From: a virus
Lineage: Duplodnaviria > Caudoviricetes
Virus record (IMG/VR): IMGVR_UViG_3300027819_000006
Reading direction: 5' to 3' (one strand)
Length of the DNA: 64,000 bases
Position numbers and translations under genes: made by a program
Shown: one piece after another, positions 19,411 through 28,813 of the stretch
How positions within the stretch are numbered: the stretch's first letter is position 1
Layout: every line of letters starts with the position of its first letter
The notes under the pieces: generated by a model
What the model was told of the DNA's origin: nothing
The model's input: the letters and a program-made list of their open reading frames with translations, nothing else
The model's database searches: none

Positions 19411-20040
19411 TCATATTTTTTTAAATTTTTTGCAAATATTTCTATATAATGCTGAGTTTATTTTTATAGCATAAAATCCACTAGAATTTGTTATCATTAT
19501 TTCATGTTTACTTTTTATTGCTCTATCCAAATTTTCTGAAGAATATGTATTTACATGATCTTTGAAAAAATCATATCCAGATTTTAATTCTTCCTCATAT
19601 GTTTCTCTGGGTAATCTATGTATTAAATCATAATCATCTCTATTCTTTTCGACATAATCAACATAATGAATTAAAGAATCACTAAAAGCTCTACTCCATA
19701 AGTATTTAAAATCATCTATCATGAATATTCTATATATTGTCCCATGTAGATTGGCTGTCACTTTTGATCCTGTACAAAAAGTTGAATCACTCATTTTTAT
19801 AAATCCAAAATATTTAGCAGCATTATCAAATCCTTTTACAAATCCTTTATTATCTTGTAATCCTGTTGGTATATTTTTTGCAATTATAGATTTGAAAAAA
19901 AATTCTCTTGTAACAGATATTCCTTTGTATAGAGGCAAATTTTTAGACTCAGTTAAAAAATGTGAACAATCTTTTGTAATAAGATTGTATACTTCTTGAA
20001 CATTAACAGATAATATTTCTATAGCTTCTTTTAGTTTCAT
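19411..20040 (-). CDS. leader-tagged ADP-ribosyltransferase-fold-like protein (paralog family)
   Basis: MKLKEAIE leader; LPLYKG, STFCTG, KHEIMI; paralogous to 30565-31165 and 56223-56855. Confidence 0.6.
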   Translation of the reverse strand: MKLKEAIEILSVNVQEVYNLITKDCSHFLTESKNLPLYKGISVTREFFFKSIIAKNIPTGLQDNKGFVKGFDNAAKYFGFIKMSDSTFCTGSKVTANLHGTIYRIFMIDDFKYLWSRAFSDSLIHYVDYVEKNRDDYDLIHRLPRETYEEELKSGYDFFKDHVNTYSSENLDRAIKSKHEIMITNSSGFYAIKINSALYRNICKKFKKI

Positions 20041-20042
20041 AA

Positions 20043-21509
20043 TTAATTTACTAACTGATAAATTGTCTGTCCTGGTTTTCTAAGTCTACTTGGTGCTATA
20101 AAAGCTTTAAAATCGTCTCCTTCGGAGATCTGAATTCCATCTATCTGAATGAGTCCTCTAGTTTGTATAACTTGAAAACCAACACTTCCAGTCAAAACTG
20201 ATCCAACTAATGTATTCTTAACTACAACTGGCTGCCATGTTCCTGTATCTGTGACCGCAGTTAATGTAACAGCTGAACTTCCCAATGTAAATATTATTCT
20301 ACCTGATGTAGAACCAGATATAGATCTATATCTTAATGAGCAGACATAATCATTTCCAGTAAATAGAAGTGCTGAATTTGATATATTCTGTAAAACTCCA
20401 GTATCTGCTGAAACAGCATTAATTCTAATACCAGATGCTCCATAAAAAATATTATTATTATCTTGAACTATAATAGGATTTGGAGAACCAGAGGGTGTCC
20501 AAACATTCTGAGAATTTTGAATCAGGTTTTCTGATCCCATTTCAAATCTTATAGTATCATCTGAAGGATCAATTGCTAAGAATCCTCCATGATCTAGAGA
20601 GCCTCCTTGTAATGATAATAAATCACCAGAAGCAGATAAGCCCATGATAATTGTTTGTTCTGATGAAATAATATCTGAACCCTGAAAACCTGAAGGTGTT
20701 CCATCTAGATGATTTGGCGTTGAATCTGTAATAGACCCAGATATAGCAGAAAACAATTGAAATGCAGATACTGAATCTAATCTCCACCATCCAGCTAAAA
20801 CATTTGAAGAAGTGGTAAAATCATTTATAGCTAAATCTTCTGGTGCCTTGCCAATAGATGTCAATGATGCTAATCTATTTATAGAACTTACAGAACCCGT
20901 AGCAAGCCATAGTCTCATTTCATCTATGACTCCACCAAATGCAATATTTCTTTCGCCTAACTGAGAAGCAGTCAAAACAGATGTAGTCCCAATAGTTCCT
21001 GATGCATATGCAGCACCATTTAAAAATATATTCATTGTCTTTGCACCAGATGCATATAAACAAAAAACATGATTCCAAGCTGTAGTAACTATAGAAGAAG
21101 TGCCAGACAACACATAAGTTAAATCATGATCAATTCTAAATTCTATTACTGAAGATGTTCCTGCAGATAAAATATGTGCACTATATATTCCATCAAATCC
21201 AGAAGATGTAGCACAAGATGATCTCATTATAGAGACATCAAAGAATGTATTATGTGTATTACCAGATATATTAGGTTTTATCCAACAATCAAAAGACAAA
21301 TTAGCAGCAGAAGTTCCTGATGTTCCAATATCTTCTGTAATTATTATGCTATCAAGAGTAATAGAGTTATTGATTCCATTAAAGGGAATAGATTTTAAAG
21401 ACAGAACTCCTGGAGTATCTAGAAGGTTTATCACCTCTGGATTCTCGATCTGGCGCGAAAGTATGCTCTGAAAACTGCCAGAACTTATTGGGTTTAAATA
21501 GTTGAACAT
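20043..21509 (-). CDS. virion structural protein with LamG domain and C-terminal carbohydrate-binding-like domain
   Basis: AWNHVFCLY, GVIDEMRLW, AGWWRLD. Confidence 0.75.
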   Translation of the reverse strand: MFNYLNPISSGSFQSILSRQIENPEVINLLDTPGVLSLKSIPFNGINNSITLDSIIITEDIGTSGTSAANLSFDCWIKPNISGNTHNTFFDVSIMRSSCATSSGFDGIYSAHILSAGTSSVIEFRIDHDLTYVLSGTSSIVTTAWNHVFCLYASGAKTMNIFLNGAAYASGTIGTTSVLTASQLGERNIAFGGVIDEMRLWLATGSVSSINRLASLTSIGKAPEDLAINDFTTSSNVLAGWWRLDSVSAFQLFSAISGSITDSTPNHLDGTPSGFQGSDIISSEQTIIMGLSASGDLLSLQGGSLDHGGFLAIDPSDDTIRFEMGSENLIQNSQNVWTPSGSPNPIIVQDNNNIFYGASGIRINAVSADTGVLQNISNSALLFTGNDYVCSLRYRSISGSTSGRIIFTLGSSAVTLTAVTDTGTWQPVVVKNTLVGSVLTGSVGFQVIQTRGLIQIDGIQISEGDDFKAFIAPSRLRKPGQTIYQLVN

Positions 21510-21904
21510 TTTTTAAACAAACCTATATTTTTCAATATAAAGGGGAATTTACGTGTCTCATATGATTTATATATCATTCTATTTTTAAACAAGTCTACAT
21601 AAATTGTATCTATACTTTTAGATTTTTCTAATTCATTTATTAGATTTTCCATAGCTCTTTTTGATACATTTTCTTTAGAGTATTCTAATCCTAAGCTAGT
21701 GATAGACTCATCTTTTAATCTTATCCATCCTAAATTTTCATAAACATAAATAAATATATCATCTATATTCTTAAATTTATAGCTCTTTCCAAATTTTCTC
21801 ACTAATAGATCTTTATGTAGCTCACTAGAGTATCCTATAAATTTACCTGTATCATCTATAAATAGAGAATTTTGTAAGCTTTCTAATAAAGTTTTTAATT
21901 TCAT
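21494..21904 (-). CDS. leader-tagged small protein
   Basis: MKLKTLLE; paralogous to 21974-22399 and the N-part of 31069-31578. Confidence 0.7.
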   Translation of the reverse strand: MKLKTLLESLQNSLFIDDTGKFIGYSSELHKDLLVRKFGKSYKFKNIDDIFIYVYENLGWIRLKDESITSLGLEYSKENVSKRAMENLINELEKSKSIDTIYVDLFKNRMIYKSYETRKFPFILKNIGLFKKCSTI

Positions 21905-21973
21905 AATTATAGATCCAGAGACAAAATTACAAACGCGCTAGTAAAATTTTTTGCATCATATAATCTTACATAG

Positions 21974-22399
21974 TTAATATGTTTTATGTATGATAAAGTC
22001 ATTAGTATATTCCAAAATGATCATAAAAATATATTGATCAATGTCTCTTAACTTAATTATTCTATATTTCCAAAAACTTTTAAAAACATCATCGATATAA
22101 ATTTTAAAAGGATTATATTTAACTATAAAGTTAAATATTTCTTTTTTAGCTAAATTTGTTAACATTCTATAATTAAAAGATATACACATATCTGTATTAC
22201 TTAAAACAACTCTTGTATATCCATGAGAATAAGCTTCATCATACATCTCATCCCCAGAATTATGTTGATCTATATTGTGAAATATTTGTTTATTTCTAGA
22301 TAAATATTCAAAATGGTCTTTAACTTCAATAAATATTCCATCATCATTAACCCAATATAGTCTGTATTTAATATATTCTAATAATGTTTTTAATTTCAT
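21974..22399 (-). CDS. leader-tagged small protein
   Basis: MKLKTLLE; YW...H...AY..GY.R pattern. Confidence 0.7.
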   Translation of the reverse strand: MKLKTLLEYIKYRLYWVNDDGIFIEVKDHFEYLSRNKQIFHNIDQHNSGDEMYDEAYSHGYTRVVLSNTDMCISFNYRMLTNLAKKEIFNFIVKYNPFKIYIDDVFKSFWKYRIIKLRDIDQYIFMIILEYTNDFIIHKTY

Positions 22400-23211
22400 A
22401 AATCAAGCTGCAAAATTACAGATGTCGAGGTAAAATTTAATTTTTTAATAGGTTGTGCAAGTTTTGAGATTGCTAGAAGTTCTCCTTCTTGATTATATAG
22501 TCCCACAGAACTTATAATCGGAGAAAAATCCAATCCAGAACTAACTAAAAATGGAGCAAATTCTGCTGCTGTTGTAGAAGATGTCAATGGATCAGACATC
22601 CAGTTTCCAACTCTACCAGAATTGAAAAACGTTGGGTTTAGAGAGTAGTTTTGCTCGTCATGAGGACAGCGACAGAAGACATTCAATCCTGTATGATTTA
22701 CTTTTGATGAATATGAAATAGATGTAATTGCCAAAGTCAAATTTGCTGAACCAGCTGCTGTAACTACAAACATTCCATCATCTACTAGAACACAGCCTAC
22801 AGTAGCACTTGTTGATTTTTGTAGCAACTGACCAGAACCAGAGTCTATATAGTCTCCAGCAAAATCTCCAGTTACAGTAGCTGTCAGAGAACCTTTTTGA
22901 AACCCTGTGTCATAGAATCTTTTCTTCAATGAAAATATTCCAATATATAAAGAAGTCAGACCAGAATATGAATTATAGAATCCTCTGTTGAATAGAGTCA
23001 TCTGTGCATTATTGTAATGTCCACTAAAACTCCCTGTTACTGCTGCTGTTAGAGAACAAGCAGAAGAATTTAGAGTGTCTAAAGCTGTTATAGAGAAATT
23101 GCGGCTAGTATAAAAATTTGTATACAGAATATCAGAAGGATTTAATTGAACATAGGCAGATTCTATATCAGAGTTGACAACGATAGGAGTTTTGGGAGTG
23201 TTGAAAGCCAT
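22396..23211 (-). CDS. virion structural protein, C-terminal VGLY..G.LLA..KL..P domain
   Basis: ISSVGLYNQEGELLAISKLAQPIKK; paralog of 24083-26257 and 26812-27678. Confidence 0.75.
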   Translation of the reverse strand: MAFNTPKTPIVVNSDIESAYVQLNPSDILYTNFYTSRNFSITALDTLNSSACSLTAAVTGSFSGHYNNAQMTLFNRGFYNSYSGLTSLYIGIFSLKKRFYDTGFQKGSLTATVTGDFAGDYIDSGSGQLLQKSTSATVGCVLVDDGMFVVTAAGSANLTLAITSISYSSKVNHTGLNVFCRCPHDEQNYSLNPTFFNSGRVGNWMSDPLTSSTTAAEFAPFLVSSGLDFSPIISSVGLYNQEGELLAISKLAQPIKKLNFTSTSVILQLDL

Positions 23212-23213
23212 TA

Positions 23214-23648
23214 TTACATTCCAATATTTCTATAAATATCATAAATAAATTTATCTACATTCTGTATAATATTTTTTGGCACTTTATTAAATGATAGATA
23301 TGGATCAATAAAATAATCTTTATATTTTATGAAAGAATGCCCATTGACATATCCACTTATCATATCTTCTATGAGATTATTAACAATTTTATTTTTAAAA
23401 TCTATTCTTTTTATATCTACATTTTTTCTCATATAATCTATAAAATTATCTATTTTATCTTCATCCCAAAAAATGAATTCTAAGTCTTTATAATATGGTT
23501 TATTTTTAAACTTTTCTTCTATATTATACACAGAATCATGACATTCTTCGCCATATGAACAATCTTCAGATTTTAAAACAAAATCAATAATTTCATTTTC
23601 TACATTATTAACAGAAAATGTTTCATTTATTAGATGTTTAAGTTTCAT
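23214..23648 (-). CDS. leader-tagged papain-fold-like protein
   Basis: MKLKHLINE; ECH ... GHSFIKYKDYFIDP (candidate C-H-D triad). Confidence 0.5.
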   Translation of the reverse strand: MKLKHLINETFSVNNVENEIIDFVLKSEDCSYGEECHDSVYNIEEKFKNKPYYKDLEFIFWDEDKIDNFIDYMRKNVDIKRIDFKNKIVNNLIEDMISGYVNGHSFIKYKDYFIDPYLSFNKVPKNIIQNVDKFIYDIYRNIGM

Positions 23649-23968
23649 ATTTTAATGTTGTAATCTGACTTATATGTAGAATTATAAAACTGTTGTTTTA
23701 ATTTCTGTAATTCTCTAATCAATTCATCAAAAAATGTCTGTGTGACAGATTTAGATGTATCTGCTGCTAACATCAGAGCTTCTGGCATTCTATTCTTAAT
23801 AACTTTAAGTATTGTATGCTTCAATGGTATTAATTTTTGTGCAGCTTCTTTTGGATGTCCAAGAGCAGAACCACGAGATTTTAGAAACATGTCAAGAGTT
23901 CCAGTTTCTTTTATCAACTCTTTTTCTATCTCTTCTTTGATAAGTTTTTTTAATTGTTTTTCAGTCAT
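23645..23968 (-). CDS. leader-tagged small protein
   Basis: MTEKQLKKLIKEEIEKE. Confidence 0.65.
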   Translation of the reverse strand: MTEKQLKKLIKEEIEKELIKETGTLDMFLKSRGSALGHPKEAAQKLIPLKHTILKVIKNRMPEALMLAADTSKSVTQTFFDELIRELQKLKQQFYNSTYKSDYNIKI

Positions 23969-24082
23969 TTTTATCTCCTAAGATCTTATAACATTATAGC
24001 ACTTCTGCATCTTCCGCAAGTATCAAACACAGATTTTATTGTGCTTTTGAACAATGTTCTCGGACATGTTTTACATTTCATA

Positions 24083-26257
24083 TCAAAAATCCATCAAATT
24101 TTGAATTATTATATCTGTATTAGAATCTTTTCTTATAGGGTTTGCAAGTTTAGAAATTGCTAAAAGATTCCCCCAGTCGTCATACAACCCCACAGTTGTA
24201 ATATAAGTTGCTGGTGAATCTAACAAGCTATCATTTGTATCAGGTGAAACAGATGTTGGGTTCTCTGAATAATTATATTCTGAACCAGAGATTGTAGCAT
24301 TCAGCATCAGTCTTCCTCTATTTTCTATAGAATCAAAAGCTATTCTTCTGATATTGAAAGCTGAATTATTATTTCCTGTAACTGTAAATCCAAAGTCTCC
24401 AGTAGTTCCAGATGCAGGATATAACCAAAATAGTCCAGCATTTGCATCATTATTATCTAATATGATAGTTTTCAGATCATAATAGATTAATCCTACTCTT
24501 GTAATTGTGCCATCACCACCAGATCTAAATATTCTACCTTGTTTCATTCCATTTTGCAAAACAGTTTCAGGTTGATCTGTATATAAATATGTCCTCAGAA
24601 TAGAAGATGCAGAAGATTCTGATATTGGCATAGCTGTAGTTGTAATATCGTCATGATCAAATAAATCTATTCCACTATTTCCAACTAGAACTCCAGTATT
24701 TGAATATTTGCTTATATCGTCAGCAGACAGAGTATTTCTTTCATTGAAATTCCACCAAGCAACTATATTTGTAGAAGTAGATCCTCCTGTCAATGTAGGA
24801 TCCCAAAAATTGCTGAATAGAATGCCAGCTGTTGATGAAGCAGTAACCAATTTATTTATCTGATCTTTAATTCCTGTGCTACCATCTGTAAATCTTTTAT
24901 TCCACATTCTTATATGTTGAATCTGTCCATCATAGCCACCATCTAAATTTGTATCACCAGATAAAGCTAAAGATACTCTATCACCAGTAGTATCAGTTTT
25001 TGCTCTATTATAGTTAGAAATTCCTATGTATAGATTATTGGCAGAGTTTGTAGCACCATCTACCATATCTCCATAAGAAATACTTGTGGTCTTCAAAGGA
25101 ATTCTCTGGTCAAACATATTAGTCTGAACTACTGGTCCATTTGCTGCATCTGAACCGTTTAACCTTGGATCAACTTGTTCACTATTATATAATTTGTAAC
25201 CATCAATATAACCAAATACTGCTCCAGCACCAGATTCTACAGTATTTGAACCATCTACACCAGATATTCCCCAACTAACTATTAATCTATGAAACTTGCC
25301 ATCATAGATATTTATGCCTACATCATCTGGAATGAATAGACCAGAAGCTTGAACATCTTTCTGAGCAAATGTATTTGTAAAATCTGTATCTGAAGAAGAG
25401 CCTCTTATATAAAATCTAAATGCTGATTTCTGTTTGTCTGGTGATTCACAGAGTTCTAACTTCATAAAAGCATTTTGAGTGCTGATATTTGATCCATCAA
25501 AACCAGAGTTTGAAAGTCTTCTCCACAAAATAGTAGAATTAACATTATATGGTCTTATCACAGCTTCTATTGTCAGAGCACTTGTTGCTAAATCTAAACT
25601 GCTATTAGGTGCCCATCTGACTCCAAAGAATGATTTTGTAGGAACACCAATATCTCCGCCATAGGAATTTTTTAAATCTAAAGCTGTAGTAAATCCCGTG
25701 GCATTTCCTGTCACTATTCCCGTAGCAGAACTATTTGAGTTATTAAATTCCATTCTAAAAGAAGAAGGTAATATATGATCTTTTGCTAAATCTCTTCTTA
25801 ATGATATGACTCTAGCTACAGTCAAGTTTATAGATGTAGTAGAGCTAATTATAGAAGTACTACTTTGAGCAGAATATATATTATCTTGTCTGTATAGATA
25901 TCCTTGTAGATAATTGAACAGAGCTTGATGAGACATTGAAGAATTGTCATTAGAGCTGCTTTTATAATTCTGCACAGCAGAGTTAGATAGGAAACATCCA
26001 ACTGGTCTTTCAGCTGTCAGAGAACTTCCAGGTATAGTAGTTTTGTCAAAATTCCATAGATATTTTACTTCTTGAGCTTGAGTTAGGCCAAATTGTAGAG
26101 GAACATCTGTTCTTAAAAGATTTACTTTACCAAGAGATTTGATAGCTGTAAAGAAATGAACATTAGAAGCACAAGGACTTATATTAGAGATAGAAATAGT
26201 CTCTTGATTATCAAACTTTATAGGAATTATCTGCGAAGGTTCAAAGACTTTAAACAT
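24083..26257 (-). CDS. virion structural protein, LamG domain plus VGLY C-terminal domain
   Basis: LTIEAVIRP, DGKFHRLIVSW, IQHIRMWN, ITTVGLYDDWGNLLAISKLANPIRK. Confidence 0.8.
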   Translation of the reverse strand: MFKVFEPSQIIPIKFDNQETISISNISPCASNVHFFTAIKSLGKVNLLRTDVPLQFGLTQAQEVKYLWNFDKTTIPGSSLTAERPVGCFLSNSAVQNYKSSSNDNSSMSHQALFNYLQGYLYRQDNIYSAQSSTSIISSTTSINLTVARVISLRRDLAKDHILPSSFRMEFNNSNSSATGIVTGNATGFTTALDLKNSYGGDIGVPTKSFFGVRWAPNSSLDLATSALTIEAVIRPYNVNSTILWRRLSNSGFDGSNISTQNAFMKLELCESPDKQKSAFRFYIRGSSSDTDFTNTFAQKDVQASGLFIPDDVGINIYDGKFHRLIVSWGISGVDGSNTVESGAGAVFGYIDGYKLYNSEQVDPRLNGSDAANGPVVQTNMFDQRIPLKTTSISYGDMVDGATNSANNLYIGISNYNRAKTDTTGDRVSLALSGDTNLDGGYDGQIQHIRMWNKRFTDGSTGIKDQINKLVTASSTAGILFSNFWDPTLTGGSTSTNIVAWWNFNERNTLSADDISKYSNTGVLVGNSGIDLFDHDDITTTAMPISESSASSILRTYLYTDQPETVLQNGMKQGRIFRSGGDGTITRVGLIYYDLKTIILDNNDANAGLFWLYPASGTTGDFGFTVTGNNNSAFNIRRIAFDSIENRGRLMLNATISGSEYNYSENPTSVSPDTNDSLLDSPATYITTVGLYDDWGNLLAISKLANPIRKDSNTDIIIQNLMDF

Positions 26258-26259
26258 TT

Positions 26260-26786
26260 CTATGTTACTCTAATTTTATATTTTTTATCATTCTTGCTTG
26301 AATATATAATACATTTAGCTATAAAACATAAATTATTGAATTCTTTATTGTTTTCTAAATGGTTACAACTATCTTTTTTAACATAAGCTACTGTGACATG
26401 TGGTTTGTAATCAGGATATGAATTTTTATTATCAAAATTGTCTTCTATATCGTAGTGTAATTTTTCTAAATCTTTACTTGCTATTCTTATAGTTACTACA
26501 TCATGATCACTTGAATCTCTGAATATTTGAACATTTTCAAACAGAATCTAACTTGTCCATAGTTGTCAAGATAATCTCTAATTTTATCTGCTTTTTCATC
26601 CGTTAAGCCATAGAGAACTGTAACGTGTATATCATTTTTAGATTGTCTACCCATGTCATCTTTTGCATATATAGAATTCTGGGGAATATTTTCAATTCCC
26701 CATTTGTAGATTCTACTTGAGATATTTGTTGGTAGATCAATCTGAGTAGATGAATAAGAATGTTCTAGTAGATAAGATAGTTTCAT
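26260..26786 (-). pseudogene. leader-tagged 2H phosphoesterase (Acb1/T4 gp57B-like), split by a 1-nt frameshift near 26540
   Basis: MKLSYLLE; IHVTVLYG in the first frame; -1 frame continues VQIFRDSS...YPDYKPHVTVAYVK...KIRVT* (stop 26260). Confidence 0.75.
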
Positions 26787-26811
26787 TATATTATTTAATA
26801 TTACTTAATAT

Positions 26812-27678
26812 CTAGTACTGAAGAGTGGTAACTATCGAAATTTCTTTTGTGAACAGCTTTCTAACTGGTGGACTAACTTTACCGACTGCCAAAATTTCTC
26901 CTGAATCATTATACAATCCAACAGTTGTGACATACGTTGTTGGAGAACTTGTTAACGATCCAGAAATCGTTCCCAATGTAGGATTAGATATGGCTGTCGG
27001 ATTTGTAGTATAATTACATTCATTTGGAAATGCTCTACAAAAATACATTGTCTGCTTTAAGATATTCAGAGCTTGAAATGACAGAGAAGTACATACAACA
27101 AAACCTGCAGATGCTGCTCCAAATGTAAATCCTGAAGCTGAGTCACAGAGAAAATGTGGCCATCCTGTTCCACCATGAAATAGTAAAGAAGCTGTATCAT
27201 AAAATACAGTTCCTACTATATTAGATGTATTACTTTGCGAAACTAAAGATCCTTTTCTACCAACAGATCCAGTAATAGAAGATTCTGGTATATCTATATA
27301 TGTATTATTAGCAGAAGTTCCGAATGTAAAAGTAGCAGTAACAGTACCAGAAACTATTCCATCATCAGAAGTAGTTCTACCAATAGTCATAGCTCTAATA
27401 AGAGATGTAGTAGAAGCCAAATTATGAGCAACAGGAACTACAGCTGAGGCAGTTGATGAGAAATAGTAATTAGCTATATTTCTAAATGCAGAACTCAGAG
27501 GAGTAGTTGTCACAGTTCCTTGAGCATTATTCATATATGCTGTATCTGAAGCTTGAGCTACAAATGAATTTATATTCTTATTTTGTGCAGCTGAAAGAGA
27601 AGTCAGAGCAAAAGATGTTTTATTTGATATCTCATTCTGCACGATATCACGGTTTTCTTGTAAAGATATGAGACTCAT
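26812..27678 (-). CDS. virion structural protein, VGLY C-terminal domain
   Basis: PTTYVTTVGLYNDSGEILAVGKVSPPVRK. Confidence 0.75.
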   Translation of the reverse strand: MSLISLQENRDIVQNEISNKTSFALTSLSAAQNKNINSFVAQASDTAYMNNAQGTVTTTPLSSAFRNIANYYFSSTASAVVPVAHNLASTTSLIRAMTIGRTTSDDGIVSGTVTATFTFGTSANNTYIDIPESSITGSVGRKGSLVSQSNTSNIVGTVFYDTASLLFHGGTGWPHFLCDSASGFTFGAASAGFVVCTSLSFQALNILKQTMYFCRAFPNECNYTTNPTAISNPTLGTISGSLTSSPTTYVTTVGLYNDSGEILAVGKVSPPVRKLFTKEISIVTTLQY

Positions 27679-27715
27679 TCTTGTTCCTCTAAAGTTATTA
27701 TTTTAAATGTCATTT

Positions 27716-28813
27716 TTAACTTCCACTCGCAGAAACTGTTAGCTGAAAAACACCGCGGGCACCACTTTGCAGACCTACACAGTCTACTAAAACAGTTCCA
27801 GAATTTCCCAAAGCTGTTTTCATTTGAAATGTAGCTATACCTTGTGAATTTTGTTGTACTTTAGAATTCACCAGTGTTGCTATACTTGTATCTCTAGATA
27901 TTCCAGCATATCCAGACACATCTGTTCCATTTGTAGTTTCTACTGTAAAAGAGACTGTGTCTCCATATTTTACTGTAGCTATAGAGGGCTTTATAGATAA
28001 TACAGACACTTTTAGAGAACCTTTAGGCAAAGTTATCAGACGGTATCTTTGAGCTATGTCAGGATTTGATGTAGGCTCAAGAATAGGCAAATTCAGAATA
28101 TTTATGTCTGGATTCGATGGGTTGCTGACATCGTATAACTGATAATTTATTTCCACTTATTCTGGTTGTCACCAACCAGGTTAGACTATATCTTCATATT
28201 ATTACTTCTAATATGCTCTGCTTTTCGATCTATTTTATAAGATCTACTCTACTCTGTGAATATTTTATTATTCCATTTCGATAGTCGTTGAGCTGACTTC
28301 ATTTTACAGAAGATTAGTTGCTGGTTGACTCTAATTAAATATTTTTAAGCATTCACATTCATTATTTCTAATCATGTTGTAGCTATTTAATTTTAGCAAG
28401 CTATTCCAACAATTAACAGAGTTTATAGACGACTCAATAATTTATCTTACAGGATCGTCCCCGAACGAAAATTTTGTAATTTTAAAACTGCCATCGTTCT
28501 TGGCAAGCAATTCTCTTCCTTTGGTCGTTAAAATGCAATCTATGATCGCCGAATTGTTAACTTATAGTTATAATTCCTATAAGACCGGACTATTTCTTCA
28601 ACTGGTATATGTTTCAGTTGCTCGGGGCTTTATGAGATATTATTAGTAAGATTCTTCAATCTCTAGTCTCTGCACCTTTCTATATACTTATTATCTATTC
28701 TATAGAGTAGGCTCAAGATTGGCATTTCAGCTTTCCTTGAGTTTACCGAGTTTTTCATTATATATCGCTATATAAGCTACCTATGATCAAGTAGATGAAT
28801 CAAGATATGCCAC
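27716..28813 (-). CDS. conserved large-phage structural protein, 185 aa after splicing (exons 28813-28790, 28549-28454, 28153-27716)
   Basis: AAGGAG + GTG; spliced product MAYLDSST|AIIDCILTTKGRELLAKNDGSFKITKFSFGDD|EINYQLY matches the recalled MGYLDN..VDAILTKKGRELLA...DDEIDY family. Confidence 0.85.
28154..28453 (-). ncRNA. group I intron (300 nt, no ORF)
   Basis: exon ends U, P1 GACGAU/GUCGUC with U-G; P AATTGTTGGAA, Q AACCAGCA, R CTCAACGACTA, S AAGATATAGTCT; terminal G. Confidence 0.9.
28550..28789 (-). ncRNA. group I intron (240 nt, no ORF)
   Basis: P1 CUACU/GGUAG with U-G; P AAACTCAAGGAA, Q AATCTTGAGCC, R TGCAGAGACTA, S AAGAAATAGTCC; terminal G restores the frame. Confidence 0.88.

Noticed and set aside
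26530-26550. Programmed -1 frameshift in the Acb1-like gene
   Set aside because: No X XXY YYZ heptamer at the shift; mutation or error is more likely
28154-28156. GTG start for the 146-aa ORF
   Set aside because: This GTG is the last three bases of a group I intron; the true start is at 28813
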